From: an uncultured bacterium
GTDB taxonomy: Bacteria > Babelota > Babeliae > Babelales > Babelaceae
Direction: 5' to 3'
Assembly: GCA_963722385.1 (NCBI GenBank)
Contig: CAVRKK010000002.1
Coordinates: forward strand, 1 to 64,000
Length of the DNA: 64,000 nucleotides
Part shown: piece after piece, positions 49,906-60,715 of the stretch
How the letters are laid out: each line of letters starts with the position of its first letter
How positions within the stretch are numbered: the first letter of the stretch is position 1
The notes under the pieces: generated by a model
Database searches by the model: none
What the model was told of the DNA's origin: nothing
Seen by the model: only the letters and a program-made list of their open reading frames with translations
Translations under genes and position numbers: made by a program

Positions 49906-50354
49906 ATGGTGGTCAAAATGAAAACATTTTTGTTATTTTTGTGTTCGCTATCTGCAGTTATAATTCATGAACCCTGCTTTACTCAGGGCGATGGCTTGTC
50001 TACACAAAATCTAAAGAAACAACTTAGTGAAGAAGACATCAAGACTAAGCTGAGTCAAGGTTGGAAATATTATGAAGACTTTGAAAACGCTGCAGGGTGT
50101 TGGGAGTCTTTGGCAGATCTAGGTATAGCTGAAGCTCAAGCTGCTCTAGGTTATGTTTATTAGGTTATGTTGATTACGTTACTAACAAATTGGTTGAGGC
50201 AGAGCGTTATTTTAAAATGGCTGCAGCTCAGGGATTAGCTGATGCGCATTTCCATTTAGGAGATTTGTACAATGATCGACGAGACTCCAAGCAAGCACTG
50301 ATTCATTATGAGGCGGCTGCTTATAAGGGGCATCCTGAGGCCCGCCATTCTTGA
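49906..50354 (+). pseudogene. Sel1-repeat secreted protein, frameshifted and truncated
   Basis: AEAQAALGYVY, then a 14-bp tandem duplication (TAGGTTATGTTKAT) shifts the frame; continues as YFKMAAAQGLADAHFHLG...AAYKGHPEA. Confidence 0.8.
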
Positions 50355-50367
50355 CGATCCGAATAAT

Positions 50368-51632
50368 TTAGGATGAAATCAAATGGCGATTAAACATCAT
50401 AGAGCACTTTTTCAGCCTCTCGTTCGATAGTACAAGTTTCATAACTTGCCGTTTTTCTTCTACTTCAGAACTTGTAAATAATTCAGATGCTCGATTTGCT
50501 AGGCCTAGAAGGCATTTTGCGCTGAGGTAGTAGTTATCCTTGGCCTCTTGGAGTTGCTCAAGGCGAATGGTAACATCGATAGCTTGATGTTTAACTGTTT
50601 GGTAAAATCTGTCATAGTCGCTCTCGGTAATTCTCCCTTTGATCTTATCAAAGTAGAGATTGTCCATCATCTTAGTAACCATTTTCTTATCAGCAGTAAG
50701 CTTATCAAACTCTGCGTTATGAAAATTAATTTTATCTCGATGGAGAGTATCGAGGGTCTGCATGATGTTTGATAAAATGTACTCGGGTATTCGGAGATTC
50801 TTGAAAACCTTGCTTAATTGCCTTGTAATCTCTTCCTCGCGCAGCATTTTGCCCCATGCTTGCCCTTGCATTGGGTGCAATGGTAAAAATAGACATAGCC
50901 TTTATGTTTTTCGGGTGTTATGGCCAATCCACAGTGGCCACAGCGAATCAGCCCGCGGTAGACATACGGTTGGCCAGCATATTTATGTGGCTTTTTCTTA
51001 AAGCCATCTTTGACTTGTTGTACGGCTTCAAAGAGAGCTCGGTTGATAATGGGAGGATAGCGATGTGGATATTCCTTGCCCTTGATGATTATGACACTGT
51101 GATAAAAAGGGTTATCAAGTATCTTGCCAAGAGAGCCTTTCGGCCAGTTAATACCGTAATCAGCCTCGAGTTTTTTGTGTAGGAGATCCAAAGAGAAAGC
51201 CCCAGTGGCATAAAACTCAAAGGTCTTTTAACGATCTGTGGGCCATAATCATCAACGATAATATCAGTGCTCCCATTTTCGTGCTTTATGTTTTTATAGC
51301 CGTAGGGTGCTTTTGGCAACCATTCGTCCTTGCGAAGCTTTTGCTCTTGGGCTCTTTTTACGTTGTCGCTGATGGCATCTGAATAGTATTTGGCAAGCCA
51401 AGGCTGATACTGAACTGGAATTTTTCTACGGCTGAGATGCGACTGTTGATAATGTGCCCTTGCGAGTGCAGACAATCATTAGAATAAGCGCTTTCATCAA
51501 AGCTGCTAGAACTTCGAATCCTTTATTTTCGCAATAAGTTTTGAGCCGGGATGTTTGAGCTGGCAATGAAATGCCGGCTCCTTTTTGCTCTTCAGTGCTT
51601 ACGTGGGCTAGGAATATGGTTTCATTGCTCAA
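50368..51632 (-). pseudogene. Large serine recombinase, multiply frameshifted
   Basis: Fragments HVSTEEQ..SLPAQ, SDNVKR..KAPYGY, ILDNPFY..YPPII, YRGLIRCGHCG, coiled coil. Confidence 0.88.
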
Positions 51633-51784
51633 TTAACTAGCCGCCTGCCTTTGCTTGCTTTTGAGCCATTTCACCCATTAGTTCTTTTATCGGCAAGGCA
51701 GTCTTAGTGAGTGCTTCACAAGAACTATTTATAAAAATTAGTTTTGCCAAATTGGCATCTTTATTATCTGCCGATCCAGTATCC

Positions 51785-51814
51785 TTGACAAAAGTGTAAC
51801 CTTTGGGTTACAAT
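51785..51814 (+). promoter_or_regulatory. TA operon promoter with overlapping palindromic operator
   Basis: TTGACA...TACAAT with TGTAACC-TTTG-GGTTACA inverted repeat. Confidence 0.7.
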
Positions 51815-51838
51815 TAATATCATTGTGGAAGAATTGTT

Positions 51839-52183
51839 ATGAATTACGAAATACTTACTTACGAGACCGAAACTGGAAAAATTCCCTTTGATGAATGGTT
51901 AGATGACCTTGATGTTACGCAGGTTGCTCTAATCGCTCGCCGCATCGATAGATTTAGAAAAGGAAATTTTGGAGACCATGAAGCGGTAGGCCAGGGTGTT
52001 TATGAGGCAAGGATGCATGAAGGGCCAGGATATAGAGTTTATTACAGTGTCGTCGGTAAAGCTGTCGTGCTTCTACTATGTGGCGGCACAAAAAGAAGAC
52101 AGGCAAAAGATATTACCAAGGCTCATAAATATTTAGAAGATTATAAATTGGAGAAGGAGAAATATGGCAAAAAAATGGGATGA
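51839..52183 (+). CDS. Type II TA toxin, RelE/HigB-like addiction module killer
   Basis: PFDEWL, GNFGDH, GPGYRVYY, LLLCGGTKRRQAKDI. Confidence 0.9.
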   Translation: MNYEILTYETETGKIPFDEWLDDLDVTQVALIARRIDRFRKGNFGDHEAVGQGVYEARMHEGPGYRVYYSVVGKAVVLLLCGGTKRRQAKDITKAHKYLEDYKLEKEKYGKKMG

Positions 52184-52475
52184 CATCTTAATAGAAAGGC
52201 TTAAGAATAAGAGGCAAGCGCTAGCCTATCTTAATGCCGCACTGGAAGATACTAAAGACGGTAGCCCCGAGAGTCAAGAATTGTTGCTTATTGCCTTAAG
52301 AAATATCGCTAAGGCTCAGGGTGGATTCACGTCGCTATCAAAAAAAACTGGTCTAGCTAGAGAAGCTCTTTATAGATCGTTGTCTAAACAAGGGAACCCC
52401 AAAGTTACCACATTAACAAATCTTATATCAGCATTGGGATTTGAGCTCCAGGTTGCAGCTAAGAAGAAGCATTAA
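52164..52475 (+). CDS. Addiction module antidote (HTH antitoxin)
   Basis: AYLNAAL, ALRNIAKAQGG, REALYRSLS..GNP. Confidence 0.9.
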   Translation: MAKKWDDILIERLKNKRQALAYLNAALEDTKDGSPESQELLLIALRNIAKAQGGFTSLSKKTGLAREALYRSLSKQGNPKVTTLTNLISALGFELQVAAKKKH

Positions 52476-53061
52476 TCAATATCATCAGTAAGATTTATGG
52501 CTACAAGGGATAAGGAAAATTGGTAGCTCTTCGAATTGTGTCACAGCCTGTGCCATAGTTCCAAAGGCAAGCATGTCAGGAATGTCTGTTTTGTAGGAAT
52601 GTTTCTGCTATCTTGCTTCTCTATTCCTTTACTTGTTGTTTTTCGGTTATGATTTTTCCAATTGGTCAGCAAAGCTTCACGACTCTTTATTGGAACCAGA
52701 AAAACACGGTTTTTATAAATGCGTGCGGTTAATTCTAGATCTAGTTTTGGGTTAAGCGAGATGAAATCATACGAGCAACACGTTCACCTGATTCGCAAGC
52801 TGCTTCCAAAGTTCCTGATGCTTCAAACAAAATCGAAGCATGTTCTCCTGCAAAGTAAAGGTTGTTATCGACGGAGCAAAAAGCGTCTCTTTATCTATCC
52901 CGATGACTTTTACTTTGACGAACGACCTGATATATCAATTGCTTGTGCAGACGATGTGCATGATTATGGCAAATGCGGCATTCTTGAGGACGACATCCTG
53001 AATTAAGTTAGTAATAATATAGCTATTTTTTGGAAACCCATGAGAAATAGTCCAAAAATCA

Positions 53062-54178
53062 CTATTTCCTTAATTTTATTGGCTCAAACTTCATCAAGTG
53101 CTTACGCATGAAGCTAAAAGGATTATGCGATAGAGGTAGTTCTATAGCGTGCGCGTCAGCAATAAGCCTTTGCCAAGTTCTTGATGGGCACCTGGCAAAC
53201 ATGGTTCTTAGTTCACGTGATGTAACCGCTTCGAGAGCTTTTTTTAGGCCAAATGCCTGTATTATGTGCTTAGCGCTTCGTTGTGGGTTGTTGAGAATTA
53301 AAGCGGCAAGGAGGCCCTGGTCGCTCGTTGGTTTGTAGTTGAGCAAAGCCGGCCTCTTGCTCTCTATCTCGCTTAAATAATAGAGCAAAACCTTTTTCGG
53401 AATGGCCGGCTTGCAGAGCTTTTTGAGCGTGAGGTCTGAGGTGATACCTATAATTTGCAAAAGTTGTTTAATTTTCTGCCGCTTGGTAAGGTGCGCTTCC
53501 ATACGTAAAACTTCAAACATTTTTCGTTGGCGTAATGTGTCGAAAAGGTGCAGCTGTAAAGCATTATCCTTTTCCAGAGTCCGTTTATCGCTTTTCTTAG
53601 CTAACTCTAAATCTTTAATTTTGTCGTAAAAGACGACTTTATACGAATTTGCATGCCACTTATAGCTATGCCCATCCCGGTAATCTGTTTGGTTGATATC
53701 AAGCGAAAGTTGTACATTAGCCTCTTTAACTTTATTAATAAAATGATACGGTATAGAGCCATCAGTAAGAGGGATATTCTTGGAGTAGAGGATGGCAATA
53801 AGAGGCGCTTGTTCAAGAATCTGCTGTGTTACGACTACTCCCCATTGTTTCGAGTGTCTGAGTTAGTTTCTGTGTTGCAATCGTAATATCTCTATACTTA
53901 AGTTCGGTGAAATTATTGCCAAAAAGCAGTTTGGGTAATGAAAGTTCGATTTTCAGCACTATCTCTTGCTTACCCAAATGACTAAATCGATGAAAAAGCG
54001 TAAGCCGGGGCTTATAAATGCCGACTAATAGTTCTTTTTTGGTTGGGTTTTGCTTCGATTGTATACCATAAAGTGCTGGGGTTGGGTTTGCGACCCATCG
54101 AGCGGAAGGCACGAACTTATCAAGGTCGTTAATCTGATACATATCGTGACTAAGTAATAAAACAATCGTATCTACCAT
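53062..54178 (-). pseudogene. Rolling-circle replication initiator (phage/plasmid gene II/X-like), frameshifted
   Basis: MVDTI, IELSLPKLLFGNN, VVFYDK and VLRMEA motifs spread over different frames. Confidence 0.7.
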
Positions 54179-54309
54179 TACTTATTTTTTTCCGAATAGC
54201 TCAAAGTGATTTCTGGGTATAATTGCACAGCAAGACAACTTATAGTAGCATATTTGTCCAAAGCAAGAAAAAGCGCATGCGATGAAAACACGAAAAGGTG
54301 GTTAAACAC

Positions 54310-55047
54310 ATGAAGAAAATAAAGATTTTCTTAGCCCTATTTATAGGTATTTTTAATTTTAGGCTTTATGGTGCAGCGGCTGTAACACATGCATTTCTGG
54401 CTTTGGAATGGCTAAGCCTTAATAAGCCACTCTACTCAGAGAGCCAAAAGCTTTCTTTTTTGAAAGGAACCTTATTTAACGATATTCGCTATCTAGCAGG
54501 TCTTTCACGGTATAGCACGCACGAGGAGGGGTTAAAAATTACAGATATTTTTTACGAACAAAATTGCTTTGAAGCAGGTAGAAAGTTTCACGCATGGGTT
54601 GACGAAACACGGGATGCATTTGTAAATCTGCATGGTCCTATGATTGTTATGCTGCTCAAGCAAGAGTTTCAAACTGATTATTTAGCACAAACATATTTAA
54701 AATTTATAGAGGATGAGCTTCTATTCAACAAATATGATTGGAAATTCCTTTCAGAAGCATTGCTTACGGTGGATCCTGAAGAGAGCAAATGGCATGTTAC
54801 ACAAAACATACTTGAACAATGGCATCAGATCCTTATTCGGCGATTTACGAGTCAAAATTTCTTTGCAGAGCTTTGTAAAAGCGAAAAAGATTACGGCAAC
54901 CTTTCGAACGATATTCTCTGTCTATGGGCCGATCGCATTGGTTATCATGTTCAGATGGATTACATGCAAGAACATATGAGGAAAATGATAGCTTATTTTT
55001 ATCAATTGTTTGAGCCGATCAAATACTCTGTTCACGAGGAGCTTTAG
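54310..55047 (+). CDS. Secreted hypothetical protein with Zn-dependent phospholipase C/P1-like motifs
   Basis: Signal peptide, then AAAVTHA, GTLFNDIRY, TH, GRKFHAWVD. Confidence 0.65.
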   Translation: MKKIKIFLALFIGIFNFRLYGAAAVTHAFLALEWLSLNKPLYSESQKLSFLKGTLFNDIRYLAGLSRYSTHEEGLKITDIFYEQNCFEAGRKFHAWVDETRDAFVNLHGPMIVMLLKQEFQTDYLAQTYLKFIEDELLFNKYDWKFLSEALLTVDPEESKWHVTQNILEQWHQILIRRFTSQNFFAELCKSEKDYGNLSNDILCLWADRIGYHVQMDYMQEHMRKMIAYFYQLFEPIKYSVHEEL

Positions 55048-55090
55048 GATTCGACGGGCTGCGACTATTCCTAGCTTAGGGAAAAAAGAT

Positions 55091-55402
55091 CTACTTGAAA
55101 CCAAGAGCGCAGATGTTTGCTGATATAGTTTCCCGATGGTGCAATAATCCAGTGGACTTTAAGCAAAAAAGGCTTAAATATGATATACGTTGCTCATTGA
55201 AGAAATAAAAAATCTCATATAACACTGAGCTCCTATTGCTTAGTTTTGGTTTCTTTGATGGTTTTGATTCACGCGCATCTTTCTTGTTATTCTCTCTCCT
55301 TTGTACGGTGGCCAAGGTTAAAAAGAAGGATGCGATTCTATTTTTTTCGTGCGATGATAACGATCCCTCACCGGTGGCAGGAGTATCTCTTTTTTCTAAC
55401 AT
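55091..55402 (-). CDS. Small hypothetical protein of the island
   Basis: AAAGGA RBS and a 103 aa ORF; 3' end possibly degenerate. Confidence 0.4.
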   Translation of the reverse strand: MLEKRDTPATGEGSLSSHEKNRIASFFLTLATVQRRENNKKDARESKPSKKPKLSNRSSVLYEIFYFFNEQRISYLSLFCLKSTGLLHHRETISANICALGFK

Positions 55403-55900
55403 GATAGCTATCCTTTAATGCGTGGATTCTCGAGCGAAAGCTTAATTAATCCTGGTGTATCGAACGACACAAGAGCAAGCGACTACTCGAACATGTAGTA
55501 ACGTAATTAAATAATGCGTACTAGCAAGCCTCATAGCTTGGCCAAGCACAAAGAAGGAAAGGGAATTTATCTTAAGACTTGGATAAGCGCATATCTCGAG
55601 CCTGCTCGGTGCGCGGAGATTTGATAGCACGTTCATCTGCTTATCCTTGGTATGAGAGTTTGTAAATAAGGCAAAAATCAGTATATACGGGTGGATGTAG
55701 ATTGCAAGAGCTAAGCAAGCCGCTTTCTTTGCCTTTAATGCATGGATGCAATTTTTCTCCCTTTATATTGTTCTGGGTTGAAAATACTGTATCTAATTGC
55801 GCGAAAGTACTCAACTTTAGATATTATATAAATATATGTAAGATTTTGATTGACTTTGTATTTAGTTGGTATATAATGTTTATTGTCTTCATCAAAATAA

Positions 55901-55966
55901 GGTGGCCGCGAGCATGAAACATGGCCGGGTACCACCTGAACAGGCCCGCTTGCAAAGGCGGGCTTA
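55901..55966 (+). repeat. 66-bp structured direct repeat, copy 1 (candidate small or leader RNA)
   Basis: Identical to 58227..58292; preceded by TTGACT-16 bp-TATAAT. Confidence 0.9.
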
Positions 55967-56077
55967 GTTATTTGATAGGATTGAATAAAGCTGTTTTGTT
56001 AACGCATGGGCTGGTGTTATTTTAGAAGGTCAAAAGCAGATTAAGTATGGGCCAGAACTATTAATGGAGTAGCTTGG

Positions 56078-56194
56078 ATGAAATTTGCACAATTAAAGGC
56101 GCGTATAAATGATGGCGAATCTAATACTTTAGAATTTAAGAATTCAACAAGCAGTATTACCTCGGGTATGCAGACCATTTGCGCTTTTAAATAG
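56078..56194 (+). pseudogene. AlbA_2 (Schlafen-like) domain N-terminal fragment
   Basis: GGAG RBS; MKFAQLKARINDGESNTLEFK...QTICAF, then truncated. Confidence 0.65.
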
Positions 56195-56460
56195 TGAGTA
56201 TTTCCTTTATGTCTTTAGCTTTATAGCGAGCAGGAAGTTTTGGGATCTCAATAAATTTTGAACGGAGATTTAGTTTTCCTTGATCATGCTCAATTGCTTC
56301 TTGAAAACCTGCTTTTAAAGCTTGAAATAATTTACTCATGTCATGAATTTTTTTAAAATAGCTTACCAAATCTCTAAGAATTTTCTTTTCTTCTTCTGTT
56401 ATGTTTTCTTACTCATTTTTTGCAAAGATAAAAAACAGATTTATCCGTTCTTTTGCTAGA
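56187..56460 (-). pseudogene. Remnant HigB/HigA-like TA pair
   Basis: INLFFIFAKNE*ENITEEEK (toxin tail) followed by MSKLFQALKAGFQEAIEH (antitoxin head, HTH missing). Confidence 0.65.
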
Positions 56461-56693
56461 AAATAAAAAATTGGCTCGATCTTAGCTTCTCTGCTTCTGA
56501 ACGCGTCAACCAAGTACCGCTAGCGCTTGATTAAGCTTCTGGTAGGTGTTTCCATAATAAGCACGTTAAGCAAATGCTAGCTAGTATGATTTGGCAATTA
56601 AGGGCTTATTGAGAAAAGTTTGATCTTCTGATTTTCGATAAAGCATAGCGTTTCAAAGGCGCTGCTTCTTTTTCTTTAGATATTACCTATCGA

Positions 56694-56995
56694 TTATTCG
56701 CTTTTTAAAACTATCAAGTAATAGGCTCTATTAGAACCAAAGCTTAGCTTTTTTGCCCATGTTGTTGGGTATTCACGAACATCAGAGGATATTAATTTTT
56801 TAACATTAATTGTTTTGAAACCATATATCTTAAAACCTGGAAGCAAGACATTTTGAATGTATTGCTTGTCTAAGACAGGCAAAGAGAGACGATCAACCTC
56901 TTTTTTATCATGCTCTGTATTATAACCCAAAGTTATCTGAATAAGGGCATTTTTTTTACAGACTTTCTTAATATTCTGCCAAATTAATTCATTAA
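56694..56995 (-). pseudogene. C-terminal fragment of a 16S rRNA m1A1408 methyltransferase (NpmA/KamB family)
   Basis: IWQNIKKVCKK..LGY..EVDRLSLP..GF..TTWAKKLSFG.NR. Confidence 0.65.
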
Positions 56996-57208
56996 CTAAT
57001 CCAAGGCGAATGGTAACGTCAATGGCCTGATCTCTAACTGTCTGGTAAAATCTGTAGTAGTCGCTCTCAGTAATCCTTCCTTTGATCTTCTTTGACAGTA
57101 ATTCTTAGGGCGTGATATTTGAGCAGGTAGCGAATTACCTGCTTCTTTTTGTTCTTCAGCGCTTACGCGGGCTATGAGTATTGCTTTCATTATTTCACTT
57201 CTTGTCAT
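56996..57208 (-). pseudogene. Second serine recombinase remnant with large internal deletion
   Basis: ARVSAEEQKEAGNSLPAQ fused to DNA homologous to 50600..50646. Confidence 0.8.
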
Positions 57209-57421
57209 GGTATAATCAAGCCAATATTTTAAAACTATGTAGATCTTTAATCAATGGGAAAGAAGCAAAAAAGATATTAAAGAACGCTGTAATTGCCTGA
57301 GCTCTAAAAGAGTATAGTTAGCAGCTTGTCAGGACTATTGTTCTTAAAATATATCAATGCATTTGCTTATATGCGCATTTGTGCTAGACTACTTATAATC
57401 GATAATAAAAGAGGTTTACGC

Positions 57422-57697
57422 ATGAAGAACGAAGAAACGGTAAGACTTACCCTGGAGATTCCTAAAAAGTACCATAGAAAGCTGAAAAGCTTTGCTGCTA
57501 TGCATGGCAAAACTATCAAGGAAGTTGTCGTTGATTCGACGGGCTATATTATGGCCCAGGAAGAAAAAGCTCAAAAGTGCGACCGTTGCCATGAGCCAAA
57601 TGAAGAGACCATTCGGGTTCTTGAGGAAGCAAGACAAGGAAAAGGTTTGGTCAAAGCTAAAGACATTAAAGATCTGTTCAAAAAACTAAGAACTTAA
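57422..57697 (+). CDS. RHH antitoxin (DinJ/RelB-like)
   Basis: RLTLEIP..H..LK..AA..G RHH; PNEETIRVLEEA..G..L. Confidence 0.8.
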   Translation: MKNEETVRLTLEIPKKYHRKLKSFAAMHGKTIKEVVVDSTGYIMAQEEKAQKCDRCHEPNEETIRVLEEARQGKGLVKAKDIKDLFKKLRT

Positions 57698-57967
57698 GTG
57701 TTAACTATTATTTATACCAAAAAATTTAAACAGGGCTATAAAACAGCTAAAAAGCGCGGTAAAGAGCTAACTAAGCTTGAGCATATAATTGAATTACTCA
57801 TATATGAAATTCTTTTGCCAGCTAAAAATGATAACCATAAGCTAAGTGGAAATTATGAAGGTTGCTGGGAATGCCATATTGATCCTGATTGGCTTCTTAT
57901 TTATAGTAAAACAGCAACAGAAATCGTGCTGCTTAAAACGGGTTCGCATTCGGATCTCTTTAAATAA
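57698..57967 (+). CDS. yafQ: YafQ family mRNA interferase toxin
   Basis: HKLSGNY..WECHIDPDWLLIY..KTGSHSDLF. Confidence 0.92.
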   Translation: MLTIIYTKKFKQGYKTAKKRGKELTKLEHIIELLIYEILLPAKNDNHKLSGNYEGCWECHIDPDWLLIYSKTATEIVLLKTGSHSDLFK

Positions 57968-58226
57968 TAAGCTTTATTTTTGCGATTTATCCCTTTATCT
58001 CACTTCAAAAGTTGAGTCCCACCACCTGTGGGACTTTTTGATATATCAAAAAGAGCCCTTCGCTCTTACTGCTATTTACAAGCTACAGAGTCCTATTTAA
58101 CATTATTTAGCTGGGATGGCAGCTTCAAATACACCGCGAATATGGTAAGTATCATATATAATTTTTAACTGCTTAATTTTGATTTTTTGCGAGAAGGTGA
58201 AGATGTCAACACATTCAAAGTTGCCC

Positions 58227-58292
58227 GGTGGCCGCGAGCATGAAACATGGCCGGGTACCACCTGAACAGGCCCGCTTGCAAAGGCGGGCTTA
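58227..58292 (+). repeat. 66-bp structured direct repeat, copy 2
   Basis: Identical to 55901..55966. Confidence 0.9.
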
Positions 58293-58400
58293 ATTATTTG
58301 CTAACTATGAAAAAACCAAATGGCGAGTGCAATTTTTTATAATATGAAGAAAATGATAGCCTAGAGTTCAGTTTTTTCTTTTTCCTGTTCTTTCCTTTGC

Positions 58401-59048
58401 TTAAGGATTGCCCTTAGAAGCAAAATGTAATTTAGAACATTTTTCTTTATCTGTTGTGCCAAGTATAATCGCGGCATTCTCAACATATATACCATGGCTT
58501 AAGCGTGTTTGTATTGAACTCCAGTATGGACAATAGATATAGTTGCCACGGCCAATGTCATCCATGCCTTGCTGATTAAGTATATGAACGTCGCCCTCAT
58601 AGATAAATTGATCACCTGCTAACCTAAACACTGAGGTTGTTGAAAATGCGTGTTGAGGGTTGGATTTGCTTTCTTGGATCAAGTGCTTCAGTAAAAATTG
58701 AATAATATCGGTTCGTCCACTATCCAAAGCATAGTAAAGAGCATCATGCCCATATTGATCCGCCGCATATATAATTGCTCCGTGCTTGAGCAGAATCTGA
58801 GCGATTGGCAAATGTCCTTTCTTAATCGCAATTAAAAATGGTGTAGTGCTATTCCATTTTTCCACCTGGTCAGCCTTGGCACCACGGTCAAGTAAAATCT
58901 TAGCTATACCACCACGACCTTCGCTTGTTGCTATCCATAAAAGAGGCCTATCCCATATTAATTTATTAGGATCAGCGCCATGATCAAGTAGAAGCGTAAC
59001 AATATCCTTTCTTCCATAACTTATAGCTGTCTCTAGACAATTAGACAT
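58401..59048 (-). CDS. Ankyrin-repeat protein, probably 5'-truncated
   Basis: About 4 ankyrin repeats (LLLDHGADPN, TPFLIAIKKGH, LLKHGA). Confidence 0.75.
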   Translation of the reverse strand: MSNCLETAISYGRKDIVTLLLDHGADPNKLIWDRPLLWIATSEGRGGIAKILLDRGAKADQVEKWNSTTPFLIAIKKGHLPIAQILLKHGAIIYAADQYGHDALYYALDSGRTDIIQFLLKHLIQESKSNPQHAFSTTSVFRLAGDQFIYEGDVHILNQQGMDDIGRGNYIYCPYWSSIQTRLSHGIYVENAAIILGTTDKEKCSKLHFASKGNP

Positions 59049-59240
59049 GAAGTATCCAGATCCTTATTACCAACAATAAGTGAAATTGAGGCCGAGCTAG
59101 AGAGACAGGAAATTGTTGAAAAAGAGCAGAGTAAAAAGGAGAAGAAAATAAAGAATAATCGAAAGTGGCTTGCTAAAGATGCTTCGATAAAGAAATCTGT
59201 TAAAAAAGACAAGCAAAAAAAGCTTAAAATCGTTCCTACT
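59049..59240 (+). pseudogene. C-terminal fragment resembling YhcG/DUF1016 PDDEXK protein
   Basis: SLLPTISEIEAELE followed by a Lys-rich tail. Confidence 0.4.
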
Positions 59241-59259
59241 TTTATCTTGCTTCAGCTAA

Positions 59260-59800
59260 ATGTTGCCTATGGCTTTGTTGGCAACAAGGGATGTGGGTAT
59301 CAACGAAGGCGTTAAGTTCTGGCTTGGGTATCCTTATGTATATGTAATAGAGACTAGAAGATGTACTAATTCCCTGAAGCATTGGCAGCAGCGTATCCAA
59401 AAACAACCGTGCAATTGTGCATAATACATATGGTACGTAATTAGCTAAGTACATTAGTTGGAAGGACAGCAAGCCATGGTCGCCGATCTTCAAAGAATCT
59501 ATCAGTCCGTAAATCATTTTCGCAGCTAAGAAGCACTTGGGCGACTTCAAGAAAAAATGGGATACAAAGTATCCGATCGCTCCAGGTTGGGAGCGCCGAT
59601 GGTTAAACATTATTCCTTCTTCGGATTCTCTATTGAAATCACAAAAGTTGTTTATACGACCAATATGATGGAATCGCTCAATATAACTCTAAGAAAAATT
59701 CTCAAAAAACAAGTATATCCCTCAGATGATGCCGTTCTTAAACAAAAACGTTTCCCACCGATGGACCATGCCTATACACAATTGGGACCTGCAGCTTGCT
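59260..59800 (+). mobile_element. IS256-family transposase remnant
   Basis: YPKTTVQLCIIHMVRN, KWDTKYP, VYTTNMMESLN..RK in broken frames. Confidence 0.8.
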
Positions 59801-59949
59801 GTTCACCTCAAAGGAAGACTTCCTTTATAACCTATCACCGTATATACAAACTTATTGCAAGCTCCCGCTTCTCTGTTCTTGAATGCGTCCTTTACTTTGC
59901 TTAACCCGCACAGCTTGCTCAAAAAGCTTTCTGGTTAAATAGGCTTAAT

Positions 59950-60263
59950 ATCCGTCATCAAACTCTTCTGGTAAACTTAGGAATCCTTCATCTTTTTTTG
60001 CATCCTGGAGACGTAAAATATCACTCCTATAAACTTCTCGAATTCACCTTCAAAAACCTCTTGGCATACCTTATTAATCATCTCGCGCATATAATCTTCT
60101 TGATTGATCAGTGCTTCTTGCCATCTTTTAGCTATATTGATACCATTCATAGTGGGCTATCCTTCTTTGTGTTTCGTTCCATTTTTATCTTAACACGAAG
60201 GTTGATGGCCCGCTTACGCTTCCTTAAGCTTTTACCTTTTTACACAATTATACGGACTCTATC
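59950..60263 (-). mobile_element. Second IS256-family remnant: left end and transposase N-terminus
   Basis: Minus-strand GATAGAGTCCGTATAATTGTGTAAAA resembles the IS256 terminal repeat as recalled; DYMREMINKVCQEVFEGEFEKFIG. Confidence 0.6.
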
Positions 60264-60322
60264 GAAAAAAGTTTCCAAGTGGTTTTACCCATTGGGATAA
60301 AAATACTAAAAATGCTGCTGAA

Positions 60323-60715
60323 TCACTCATTATCAAATATGATGAGATAGCGGCAACAAATATAAAGGGACGAGCAAGAGCTGCTCAGCTTTTTAAAGCA
60401 CTTTTTCGAGTTGATATAGAGGAAGCAAGGCGACGAATCCAAAATAATGAGGATAAACAAGAGGAAAACAAGAGCATACCACCCATAAACTGTTCTCCAG
60501 TTGCCAAATTCCAGTGGTAGCAATCTCCATTGACAGCCTGATTTCATATAATACAATATCCCAAATATAACTTTGCCAAGATTGTGTCGTCTTTTTCCAT
60601 GTTTTTGCACGCCAATTATTTTTCTGATAAACTTTTTAATGAATTCTATAAACAGCTTCAGCTTTTTAAAATTTCCGTACACCGAAATAAGCATTTGAAG
60701 CATTCTTTGCTTCAT
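60323..60715 (-). mobile_element. IS5-family transposase N-terminal remnant
   Basis: RHNLGKVIFGILYYMKSGCQWRLLPLEFGNWRTVY; no DDE domain. Confidence 0.8.

Noticed and set aside
52480..53010. 95-aa ORF 52719..53006 and neighbouring fragments
   Set aside because: Looks like frameshifted debris; no family can be supported.
55876..55917. Leader peptide MFIVFIKIRWPRA running into the 66-bp repeat
   Set aside because: The ATG overlaps the predicted -10 box, there is no RBS, and copy 2 has no equivalent start.
55901..55966. 66-bp repeat as a hammerhead or HDV-like ribozyme or known riboswitch
   Set aside because: The CUGANGA/GAAA order and the HDV nested pseudoknot core could not be built by eye on either strand.
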